Shown here: positions 6,912 to 15,055 of the stretch, one piece after another
Numbering within the stretch: the first letter of the stretch is position 1
How the letters are laid out: the number at the start of each line of letters is the position of its first letter
NCBI GenBank assembly: GCA_037917675.1
Contig: JAVCBW010000002.1
Coordinates: 1 to 20,257 of the forward strand
Length of the DNA stretch: 20,257 bases
Reading direction: 5' to 3'
Source: Thermoproteota archaeon
GTDB taxonomy: Archaea > Korarchaeota > Korarchaeia > B14-G2
The notes under the pieces: model-generated
Seen by the model: the letters and a program-made list of their open reading frames with translations, nothing else
Told to the model about the DNA's origin: nothing
Databases searched by the model: none
Made by a program: the position numbers and the translations under genes

Positions 6912-8224
6912 GTTACCTCTATTGGAACACCAGGTGCCATGTAAATAAATCCACTTCCCTCCACAGCTTTCCTATCGAATGCAAGCTTTCCATCAAAGAA
7001 GATAACAGGCTCACGTCTGCCCACCATCTCCCTGAGCTTCTTGAGATCCATCTCCTTGAAGACGCTGTGGTCTGCTCCAATGACTATGCAGCTAGCTCCT
7101 TTAACAGCCTCGCTTAGAGAGGAAGCTACTTGAGCGCCAAACCCCTCACTGACATATGGGTCATAGACCCTAACTTCAGCTCCAGCTTCAACTAGCTTCT
7201 CTACCAGATGCTTGACAGGGCTTTCAACTGTCACATCTACATCTCCTCTGTATGTTACCCCCAGTACTGCTATCTTTGGCTCAAGCCCAAGTTGAGTTAG
7301 CTGCTTGATTAGCAAGGAGGCAGCATGCCTTGGCATTTGGGAGTTGACCTCTCTCCCAGCTCTAATCACGCTATGCCTGCTAGAAGGCATTAGGAACAGA
7401 GGGTCTTTGGGGAGACAGGGGCCACCAACACCTATCCCAGGCCTCAGTATACTTACTCGAGGATGCATGTTTGCTAGTCTAATGACTTCGTCAACTGGAG
7501 CACCAACTTCCTCGCAGATCAAGGCAAGCTCGTTTGCAAAGGCTATGTTCAGGTCCCTATACGCGTTTTCAGCTAGCTTAACCACCTCAGCTACCCTCAG
7601 TGACGTTATGGCTATTTCACCCTTCACAAATGCTCTGTAAAGGGAGCTAGCTATCTCCCCTGCCTCTCTGCTCCTACACCCAATTACTCTGCTGTTCTCA
7701 ATGAGCTCTTCGATAAGCCTCCCTGGATAAGCTCTCTCAGGGCAGTAGGCATAGTAGAACCCCTCTCCTTCAACTAGCCCAGTAAGCTCCTCTACAAGCG
7801 GTATGAGAGCTCTCTCTGAGGCTAGTGGTGGGAGTGTGCTCTCAACTATCACGAGCTCTCCTCTATCCATATGCCTGCATACTTCAGCTATAGCCTGCTT
7901 AACATAGCTTAAGTCGGCTTCTCCTTCCCTTACTGGTGTTGGAACACATATCACATGTACCTGAGTCTCCTCTGCCTCCCTTAAGCTCCTAGCAAGTTGA
8001 AGCCTTTCGCTCGACAGAGCTTCATTAAGCAGCTCTGGGATGCCTTTCTCTCTGAGTGCAGCCCTCCTGCTCTCAATCTCCTTGAGCCTGCTCTCACTGA
8101 TATCAACTCCAACAACTCTAAATCCAGACCTGCATAGCAGCAGCGCTAGTGGAAGGCCTATTACACCAAGCCCATGTACAGATATGCGTGCTGCTTTGCT
8201 TAAAATAAGCTTCTTCAACTCCAT
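6908..8224 (-). CDS. Nucleotide-sugar dehydrogenase (UDP-glucose/GDP-mannose dehydrogenase family, WecC-like)
   Basis: Rossmann GLGVIGLP, CVPTP, ESTLPP, CPER, KLAENAYRDLNIAFANEL, catalytic GVGGPCLPKDP, YDPY. Confidence 0.92.
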   Translation of the reverse strand: MELKKLILSKAARISVHGLGVIGLPLALLLCRSGFRVVGVDISESRLKEIESRRAALREKGIPELLNEALSSERLQLARSLREAEETQVHVICVPTPVREGEADLSYVKQAIAEVCRHMDRGELVIVESTLPPLASERALIPLVEELTGLVEGEGFYYAYCPERAYPGRLIEELIENSRVIGCRSREAGEIASSLYRAFVKGEIAITSLRVAEVVKLAENAYRDLNIAFANELALICEEVGAPVDEVIRLANMHPRVSILRPGIGVGGPCLPKDPLFLMPSSRHSVIRAGREVNSQMPRHAASLLIKQLTQLGLEPKIAVLGVTYRGDVDVTVESPVKHLVEKLVEAGAEVRVYDPYVSEGFGAQVASSLSEAVKGASCIVIGADHSVFKEMDLKKLREMVGRREPVIFFDGKLAFDRKAVEGSGFIYMAPGVPIEVT

Positions 8225-8295
8225 GGGTAGGGTAGGTCAGCTATGCCTTAAACAGTTGGGGGATGTTTGATAGTATGGTTAAAAGGTAGGTTTTA

Positions 8296-8319
8296 GATGC
8301 TTTTGTTTCCCAAAGCATC
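8296..8319. repeat. 8-8-8 inverted repeat in the divergent intergenic region
   Basis: GATGCTTT (8296-8303), spacer TGTTTCCC, AAAGCATC (8312-8319). Confidence 0.55.
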
Positions 8320-8376
8320 ATATATCGTAGGGTAGCCTTTGGTCAGCCTTCAGTATATGGTTGGATTGTAGAGAGG

Positions 8377-8411
8377 TTCCCGCTACATAAAAAGTATAAA
8401 TGTAGCGGGAA
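8377..8411 (+). promoter_or_regulatory. BRE/TATA promoter enclosed by a perfect 12-bp inverted repeat (putative operator)
   Basis: TTCCCGCTACAT (8377-8388), spacer AAAAAGTATAA, ATGTAGCGGGAA (8400-8411). TATAAA at 8395-8400 is about 29 nt upstream of ATG 8429. Confidence 0.75.
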
Positions 8412-8428
8412 ACCAGAACAGGTGTAGG

Positions 8429-8836
8429 ATGAGTGTAGTTGACCTGGACCACCTAGTCAGCAGGTACTCTGAGGAGCCTTGGCTATTAGACAGCATGCTA
8501 AAGCAGATCCTAGACAGGGAGGCTCAGAGGATTGTTTTCGAGAAGCTTCCTATTAGGTTAAGTGAGCTAGACCTCTTTGAGGTGAAGTTTGCGCTAGCGG
8601 TATTCTATACATTCAGAGGCTTTCCCTCTCCAGGAGCTCCATCTTGGAGAGAGTGTACGCATAGGGTGGGAGGCAGAGAGGTGATAACAGCTAACGGAGT
8701 CAAGAGGATAATAGCTTACATTAGAGGTAGGAGGAGAGAGGTTAAGAGGAAAGCTATGAGGATAGACTCCTCGATGGTGAGAAGGGTAGATGCGAAGTTT
8801 TCACTAGCGCCATCAAAGATACAGCTCGAAGACTAA
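8429..8836 (+). CDS. Hypothetical protein (135 aa, basic C-terminal half)
   Basis: Fills the gap between the dehydrogenase and S17e. It has a clear upstream TATA and AGGTG RBS-like sequence. No family recognised. Confidence 0.75.
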   Translation: MSVVDLDHLVSRYSEEPWLLDSMLKQILDREAQRIVFEKLPIRLSELDLFEVKFALAVFYTFRGFPSPGAPSWRECTHRVGGREVITANGVKRIIAYIRGRRREVKRKAMRIDSSMVRRVDAKFSLAPSKIQLED

Positions 8837-8840
8837 CATA

Positions 8841-9047
8841 TCATGTTATCAGGGTTCCCTCCTCTCTCCTACGAGCTAGCCTAGTCACGTATCCTGCAAC
8901 CTGGTTTCTTATCTTCTTTGGAGCATGCTTGAGGATTTGCCCTACGACTTGCTTGTTATGCTCAAAATCTCTTGTGAACACTCCTTCATACTGCTTAAAC
9001 ATGCTCATTCCAAGCCTCTTTACAAGCTTAGTCCTCACTCGCCCCAT
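8841..9047 (-). CDS. rps17e: 30S ribosomal protein S17e
   Basis: MGRVRTKLVKR...FTRDFEHNKQVV...KKIRNQVAGYVTR is the canonical S17e pattern. ATG at 9047 follows GGTGGA. Confidence 0.96.
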   Translation of the reverse strand: MGRVRTKLVKRLGMSMFKQYEGVFTRDFEHNKQVVGQILKHAPKKIRNQVAGYVTRLARRREEGTLIT

Positions 9048-9133
9048 CCTATCCACCAGAGCTTCTTCTCAACTTCATATACCTGTCTACAGCACTCTTT
9101 TAAACTATTCACACTGCAGCTTGATGTGGTAGC

Positions 9134-10456
9134 ATGAAGCCAAACGTGTCCTCTAGCTTCCCTAGCCATAAGGTTAAGGAAATCGTTAGTAGATCTGAGG
9201 AGGTGCTTGCAAGGAGCACTAGACTCTATCCTATAGTTGGAGTCAGCGGAGAAGGCTGCTACATAAGGGATATAGATGGAAATACATTCCTAGATTTCAC
9301 ATCATCGATAGCTGTAATGAACCTAGGGTATGCTCATCCTGAGATAGCTGAGACTATCCGAAAGTATTCAAACAGCTTAATACACTTCGCTGGCCAGGAC
9401 TACTACAACCTAGAGCAGCTTCAGCTAGCTGAGAAGCTAGCTGAGCTTTCACCAGCAGGCATGAAGCCTGTGAGAGTGTTTCTGTCGAACAGTGGAACAG
9501 AGTCTGTTGAAGCAGCTTACAAGGCTGCAGTCAGGGCAACAGGGAAGCCTGTGGCAATAGCCTTCATAGGAGCATTTCATGGCAGGACTCTAGGATCTCT
9601 AAGCCTGACCTGCAGTAAGACGGTCCACAGAAAAGGGTATCAGCCTCTGAGGCCAGTCATCCATACACCATATGCATACTGTTACAGGTGTAGGTTCAAG
9701 CTTACATATCCAGATTGTGACATCTGGTGTGCAAAGTACATCGAAGAGGTCATCTTGAACACTGTAGTAAGCCCAGACGACGTTGCCTTCATATCACTAG
9801 AACCAATTCAGGGAGAGGGAGGCTATATAGTTGGCCCACCAGAGTTCTATCAGGAAGTCAGGAGGATCTGTGACAGGAATAGGATAGCTTTGATAGATGA
9901 TGAAGTTCAGGCTGGCATGTTTAGAACAGGTAGGTTCCTCGGTATAATGAACTTCGATGTGACACCTGACATATATACTCTCGCTAAAGCCCTGGGGAGT
10001 GGCATACCAATAGGAGCTACAGTCATGCGGGAGGTGTATAACTTTAGAGAGGAAGGAGCTCACTCAAACACATTCGGAGGGAATATACTGGCTTGTGCAG
10101 TTGCCTTAAAGACCATAGAGATCATACTAAGAGACAGACTACATGAAAACGCCAGGGTAATAGGAGGCTACATACTGAAGAGAGCAAGGGAGTGGGTTGA
10201 CCAGTACCCTATGATTGGAGATGCAAGAGGCCTAGGGCTCATGATTGGAGTAGAGGTGGTTTCGGATAAAGCTAAAAAGACTCCTGGAGTAGAGGAGAGG
10301 AAGAAGCTTCTATGGGAGTGCCTCAAAAGAGGGCTTATACTGCTCCCATGTGGGGTAAGCAGCTTCAGGATAGCTCCGCCACTAAACATCACGAAGGAGG
10401 AGGCTGAAACTGGCTGTGACATCATAGAGGAGTCGATAAAGCAGTCACTTAGCTAG
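9134..10456 (+). CDS. Class III PLP-dependent aminotransferase (4-aminobutyrate/acetylornithine aminotransferase family)
   Basis: DIDGNTFLDF, SNSGTESVEAA, AFHGRTLGSLSLT, EPIQGEGG, DDEVQAGMFRTG, PLP lysine in TLAKALGSG, HSNTFGGN. Confidence 0.94.
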   Translation: MKPNVSSSFPSHKVKEIVSRSEEVLARSTRLYPIVGVSGEGCYIRDIDGNTFLDFTSSIAVMNLGYAHPEIAETIRKYSNSLIHFAGQDYYNLEQLQLAEKLAELSPAGMKPVRVFLSNSGTESVEAAYKAAVRATGKPVAIAFIGAFHGRTLGSLSLTCSKTVHRKGYQPLRPVIHTPYAYCYRCRFKLTYPDCDIWCAKYIEEVILNTVVSPDDVAFISLEPIQGEGGYIVGPPEFYQEVRRICDRNRIALIDDEVQAGMFRTGRFLGIMNFDVTPDIYTLAKALGSGIPIGATVMREVYNFREEGAHSNTFGGNILACAVALKTIEIILRDRLHENARVIGGYILKRAREWVDQYPMIGDARGLGLMIGVEVVSDKAKKTPGVEERKKLLWECLKRGLILLPCGVSSFRIAPPLNITKEEAETGCDIIEESIKQSLS

Positions 10457-11551
10457 CGTATCAATTAAATGTGCTATATCCCATATTTTGACTGGTGCAT
10501 TAAGCCTGTTGTTTGCTTCGAGGAGCTGTCCATAGCAGTATGGGCATGATGTGACTAGGATGCCAGCTCCCATCTCAGCTGCTTCCCTTATCCTGGACCC
10601 AGAGGCTCTCAATGATATCGAGGGGGCAGCTTCAAATGCAACCCCGCCTCCACTTCCACAGCAAAAGCTCTCTGAGCCATGCTTCTCGAACTCAAGCAGC
10701 TTAAGCTCAGGGATCATCTGAAGGAGCTCTCTAGGCTCATCAACTATCCTGAGCTTCCTAGCCATTACACATGGATCATGGTAGACAACTGCCTTCCTAA
10801 ACCTCCTGAACCTCAGCCTCTTCCTCTCAGCCTCCTCTCTCAAAATCTGAGCTACATGAAGCACCTCAACGCCATCAAGGTCCCTTAAGGACATCATGCA
10901 GTGTGGACAGCTAGATGCTATCCTGCTTACACCAGCCTTATCAAGGATCTTTGATAGTTCCTCTAAGACTATGCTTCTAACACCCTCGTGTCCACAGTAC
11001 TCAGCATACTCTCCACAGCAGCCATTTAAGCTGACTTCCTTAAGCAACTCGTAGCCTAGGTCGTGTAGCAGCCCGAAGCTGCTGAGTGCTATCTCTGTGT
11101 AGACATGTGAGGACAAGCATCCTGGGAAGTATATGCTTTCAGCCCTCTCCTTAGCCTCATACCTCTTCGGAACCCACTTCCCTTGAGAGGACATGCCGAA
11201 GAGGTTTCCCCATCTATTTATGTTCGTTATCTTGCCTGATATGCTGCCTGGAGGCACATATCCCTCGCTAACCACAGCTCTCCTAGCATCCTTGATCAGT
11301 TTAGTGACCTCTACTCCAGTCGGGCAGCTGACATCACAGCTATAGCATAACGGGCATGTGAACACGTATCTTATGGTATCTACATTTATATCTATCTTTC
11401 CCTGATCCATGAGCTTAATGAGCTCTATCCACCCTCTAGGGGAGTATGTCTCTAAGCCATCCATCACCTGGAATACTGGACAGCTGACATTACACTTCCC
11501 ACACCTACTACAGTATGTTGCTGCTATATGCCACTCATCATCAAGCCTCAT
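10445..11551 (-). CDS. Fe-S oxidoreductase subunit, GlcF/GlpC/HdrD-like (2x4Fe-4S plus two CCG domains)
   Basis: CSRCGKCNVSCP and CPLCYSCDVSCP ferredoxin motifs. Cysteine-rich CCG repeats FPGC...GCCG...SCPHC and HDPC...FCCG...SCPYC. Confidence 0.9.
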   Translation of the reverse strand: MRLDDEWHIAATYCSRCGKCNVSCPVFQVMDGLETYSPRGWIELIKLMDQGKIDINVDTIRYVFTCPLCYSCDVSCPTGVEVTKLIKDARRAVVSEGYVPPGSISGKITNINRWGNLFGMSSQGKWVPKRYEAKERAESIYFPGCLSSHVYTEIALSSFGLLHDLGYELLKEVSLNGCCGEYAEYCGHEGVRSIVLEELSKILDKAGVSRIASSCPHCMMSLRDLDGVEVLHVAQILREEAERKRLRFRRFRKAVVYHDPCVMARKLRIVDEPRELLQMIPELKLLEFEKHGSESFCCGSGGGVAFEAAPSISLRASGSRIREAAEMGAGILVTSCPYCYGQLLEANNRLNAPVKIWDIAHLIDTLAK

Positions 11552-11554
11552 CTA

Positions 11555-12913
11555 CTACACCAACTTTCCTGGATTTAAGATCCCCTTGGGATCTAGTATC
11601 TGCTTGAGTTTCCTCATGAATTCGAGCTCATATGTCGTGAACTCCATCTTCAAATACTTGCTCTTCAGAGTCCCTATGCCATATTCACCAGTTAGGCTCC
11701 CTCCAAGCTTAAGGGCTTCCCTGAGTATCTCCTTTACTGCAGCTCTCGCTCTTATGGCCTCCTTCTGATCTCTCTTGTCTGCTATGATGGTCGGGTGTAG
11801 TATCCCCTCCCCTATGTGCCCATATACGAGTATGCTTATCCTATGCATTCTAGATATCCTTTTCAGGGCTGCTAGGAACTCTGGGATCCTAGACACGGGA
11901 ATCGAAGGGTCAAGCTGCATGAATGGTGGATATATTCTACTTATGGCCTCGTAAATGCTTGTTCTAATCTTCCATAGGTCATCTGCCTCTCTTCCAGATG
12001 CCATGATGACCCTCTTGGCTCTGCATTCAACCATGGCGTTCTCAGCCTCCTTAGCAGCCTCACCTCTCTCGCTTTCACCTACGAACTCGACGAATAAGGC
12101 TGCTCCTGTGTCAGGTGACTTGACGGGGCCATTTGCAGACGCGACCTCGACAGTGTCCTTGTCCATGAATTCCATTGCCGAGAACCTGAGCCCTGAAGCC
12201 ACTACTCTAGATGCTGCTCTAGCTGCATCTGCATCGCTCTCAAAGAACCCGGCTAGGAGGATGTACTTGTCAGGCTTCTTAGCAAGCTTAATAAAAGCCT
12301 TAGTTATCACGCCGAGAGTCCCTTCACTCCCTATGAATATCCTCTTGAGATCTAGACCAGAAGTAGTCTTATACGTCCTAGAGCCCACCTGAATAACCTC
12401 TCCACTTGGAAGGACAGCTTCAAGCCCCAGCACCCTGTCTCCCGTAGACCCATATAGCGGAGAGTGTATTCCTAAAGCATCAGTAGCTATCATCCCCCCT
12501 ATTGTAGCTGCCTCAGAACTTCCTATGTCAATTGGGAAGAACAAGTCTCCTCCAAGCGAGTCATTTAGGGTCTTAAGCCTCACACCAGCCTCAACTAGCG
12601 CAGTTAGGTCCTCTCGGCTCACCTCGATGACTCTATTCATCCTCGTCATGTCAAGCACTATGCTCTCTTTAAGCGGGAGAGCTGCTCCAGCAAGTGAGGT
12701 TCCTCCTCCCCTAGGGATGACTGGCGTACCTGAGTCGTTAGCTACCTGCATGACTTCAGCAACCTCTTCTGTTGACCCTGGTCTGACGACGATCGACGGA
12801 GCCTCTCCGCTCTCACTGGCATCAAAAGAGTATGCCATCAGAGTTAGGGGGTCTGTTATCGCGTTTTCCTCGCCAACTATCTCACTAAGCCTCTTAGCTA
12901 TGCTGTTACTCAA
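11555..12913 (-). CDS. FAD-linked oxidoreductase, GlcD/D-lactate dehydrogenase family
   Basis: PRGGGTSLAG, EAGV, ATIGGMIAT, IFIGSEGTLGVIT, HIGEGILHP, GGSLTGEYGIG, LDPKGILNPGK. Likely start is TTG 12913; the ORF-track extension to 13195 overlaps gcvT. Confidence 0.9.
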   Translation of the reverse strand: MSNSIAKRLSEIVGEENAITDPLTLMAYSFDASESGEAPSIVVRPGSTEEVAEVMQVANDSGTPVIPRGGGTSLAGAALPLKESIVLDMTRMNRVIEVSREDLTALVEAGVRLKTLNDSLGGDLFFPIDIGSSEAATIGGMIATDALGIHSPLYGSTGDRVLGLEAVLPSGEVIQVGSRTYKTTSGLDLKRIFIGSEGTLGVITKAFIKLAKKPDKYILLAGFFESDADAARAASRVVASGLRFSAMEFMDKDTVEVASANGPVKSPDTGAALFVEFVGESERGEAAKEAENAMVECRAKRVIMASGREADDLWKIRTSIYEAISRIYPPFMQLDPSIPVSRIPEFLAALKRISRMHRISILVYGHIGEGILHPTIIADKRDQKEAIRARAAVKEILREALKLGGSLTGEYGIGTLKSKYLKMEFTTYELEFMRKLKQILDPKGILNPGKLV

Positions 12914-12995
12914 CCTGATGCCCCTATACCCTTTATCGGACAAAGATATTAAATTAGTGTTTGAAGAAGGTGCCAGAGAAGCAGGGGTGCTCAGC

Positions 12996-14156
12996 TTGGA
13001 CCTAAATAGAACTCCCCTATATACTCTACACCAGGAGCTTAAAGCTAGAATGTTCAAGTTTGCAGGATGGGACATGCCATTGAGGTACACTAAAGTCACT
13101 GAAGAGGTTCTCGCAGTCAGAAACTCATATGGGCTATTTGATGTCTCACACATGGGGCGTCTCCTCATAGAGGGGGAGGATGCCCTAGAGCTCATGCAGG
13201 TATCGACGACAAACGACGTCTCTAAGCTTCAGCCGCTCAAAGGCCACTATACGTTCATTACAAATGAGAGAGGCGGCTTCAAAGACGACTGTATCCTTAC
13301 ATGCATGAGCAGAGACAAGTATTTCCTTGTGGTGAACGCAGTTAATAGGGTGAAGATAGGAGAGTGGCTCACCAAGATAGCTGCTGACAGGGACCTGCAT
13401 GTGCAAATCACAGACATAACATTCAGTAGTGCAAGCATAGCGGTCCAAGGTCCTCTAGCCCCAATAGCTGTTGAGAAGGCTTCTGGCCTAGACCTGAGTA
13501 GTATAGGCAGGTTTGGTGCCGTGTGGATGAAGATAAATGGAGTTAAGGTTTTTGCTACAAGGACAGGATATACTGGAGAAGATGGCTTCGAGCTCTACAT
13601 ATTCAATGTCTCTACAGAGGAGCCTGAGAACGCAGTAAAAGTCTTCAGAAGGATCCTAGACTTAGGAGAGACAGTAGGAGCAAAGCCATGCGGGCTAGCA
13701 GCAAGAGACATACTGAGGCTTGAAGCAGGATTTGTGCTCTACGGGAATGACATAGACGAGGAGACAACACCAGCTGAAGCAGATTTAATGAGGTTCGTGA
13801 AGCTGGATAAGGGATACTTCATAGGTAGAGAATCCATAGAGGCTCAGATCGAGAGAGGTGTATCTAAAAAGAGAATAGGGCTTAAGATGCTGACCATACA
13901 TGTCCCCCGGAAGGGAGATAGGGTCTTTCTCAACGAGGAGGATATAGGAGCTATAACAAGCGGAAACCACAGTCCGATAGCTAAAACAGGAATTGCCATG
14001 GGCTACTTGAGACCTGAGTACGCTAAGCCGGGAGTTAAGGTGATAGTAAAGACAAGAGCTGGAATGGGTGAGGCCATAACGCAACACCCCCCCTTCTATG
14101 ATCCTTCACTCTATGGGCTCAGGAGATCTATTAAGCCGAAAGCTAGAAGACTATAA
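12996..14156 (+). CDS. gcvT: Glycine cleavage system aminomethyltransferase T
   Basis: RTPLY, FAGWDMPLRY, GLFDVSHMG, AVQGP, RTGYTGEDGFE, CGLAARDILRLEAG, PPFYDP. Likely start is TTG 12996 after GGGGTG (GTG 12987 is an alternative). Confidence 0.95.
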   Translation: MDLNRTPLYTLHQELKARMFKFAGWDMPLRYTKVTEEVLAVRNSYGLFDVSHMGRLLIEGEDALELMQVSTTNDVSKLQPLKGHYTFITNERGGFKDDCILTCMSRDKYFLVVNAVNRVKIGEWLTKIAADRDLHVQITDITFSSASIAVQGPLAPIAVEKASGLDLSSIGRFGAVWMKINGVKVFATRTGYTGEDGFELYIFNVSTEEPENAVKVFRRILDLGETVGAKPCGLAARDILRLEAGFVLYGNDIDEETTPAEADLMRFVKLDKGYFIGRESIEAQIERGVSKKRIGLKMLTIHVPRKGDRVFLNEEDIGAITSGNHSPIAKTGIAMGYLRPEYAKPGVKVIVKTRAGMGEAITQHPPFYDPSLYGLRRSIKPKARRL

Positions 14157-14868
14157 TAACAAGCCCACGGCTAGTGATCTCAATAGTACGCGGCTTGAGG
14201 TCTAGTGGAGTATTCCTCATCTTCTGTACAAGTATCTTTCTAACCATCTTATCTCCTTCCCTCTCGAAGTACATCCGTATGAGCCCAGATGCGAGAAACT
14301 CGCTGCTTCTAAGGTGAAGGTAAGGTCCAGTAGAGTCACTATATGACTCCGATATTAGCAAGGTCGTTGCCCTGAGGATCTTCATCGCTGAAATCATCCT
14401 GTGAAGAAATCTCCTAGCTACTCTGGTATCATCTATAGCTAAGAGGACAGCTGGAAGCGAGTCCACAACTACCCTCTGTACTCTCGTCTTCCTTACCATA
14501 TCAAGAAGCTCAACCAAGACGGTATCTGGATCAAATGGCGCTTTGCTCGTAGGGGATTTAGTTGAGATTCTTACCCTACCACTAGCTAGATCAAAGAAGT
14601 AAAGCTTCCCACCTTCTTCCAGAGCGTTCAAATCCCAGTTAAACTGCTGAGCTGTAAGCTTAAGCTCCTCAGGGAATTCCTCTGCTGTCAGATAGAGTCC
14701 AGGCTCACCATACTCTACGGCACCAGCATAAAGGAACTGGAGGCCAAATATAGTTTTCCCTACCCCAGGGTCTCCTGTCAGCAATATGACACTACCTCTA
14801 GGAAAACCTCCTTCGATTAACCCGTCTAAGTTTGGTATGCCTGTTGGAACACGAGATATCCTAGCCAA
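14143..14868 (-). CDS. KaiC/RAD55-like RecA-superfamily ATPase (second paralogue)
   Basis: RVPTGIPNLDGLIEGGFPRGS, GDPGVGKT, YLTAEE, VVDSL, QKMRNT. TTG start, with a TATATAA box about 30 nt upstream on the minus strand (14898-14904). Confidence 0.92.
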   Translation of the reverse strand: MARISRVPTGIPNLDGLIEGGFPRGSVILLTGDPGVGKTIFGLQFLYAGAVEYGEPGLYLTAEEFPEELKLTAQQFNWDLNALEEGGKLYFFDLASGRVRISTKSPTSKAPFDPDTVLVELLDMVRKTRVQRVVVDSLPAVLLAIDDTRVARRFLHRMISAMKILRATTLLISESYSDSTGPYLHLRSSEFLASGLIRMYFEREGDKMVRKILVQKMRNTPLDLKPRTIEITSRGLVIIVF

Positions 14869-15055
14869 GTTCAGCCCCTAGCTTAACATGACTTAACTTA
14901 TATATTCCTGCTAACCTCTAGAAATATATACATAATGTGTGGTTATAGCCTCTATAAGACAATTAAGTTATGATCACGTGATGCTTACAAGGCTGGCTTA
15001 TACTTGTTTTGTGAAAGGTTAGTTCTAGAGGCAAAGTTTTCCAGATCCATCTTTT

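Noticed and set aside
8225-8428. Replication origin (ORB boxes) or Xer dif site
   Set aside because: Only partial GGAAAC words, without the TCCA core or G-string, and no cdc6/orc1 nearby. Repeat geometry (12-11-12, 8-8-8) does not match the 11-6-11 dif layout.
12525-13195. Apparent 670-nt head-to-head overlap of the glcD-like ORF and gcvT
   Set aside because: ORF-caller extension. Homology starts near TTG 12913 (-) and TTG 12996 (+), leaving a normal 82-nt divergent promoter gap.
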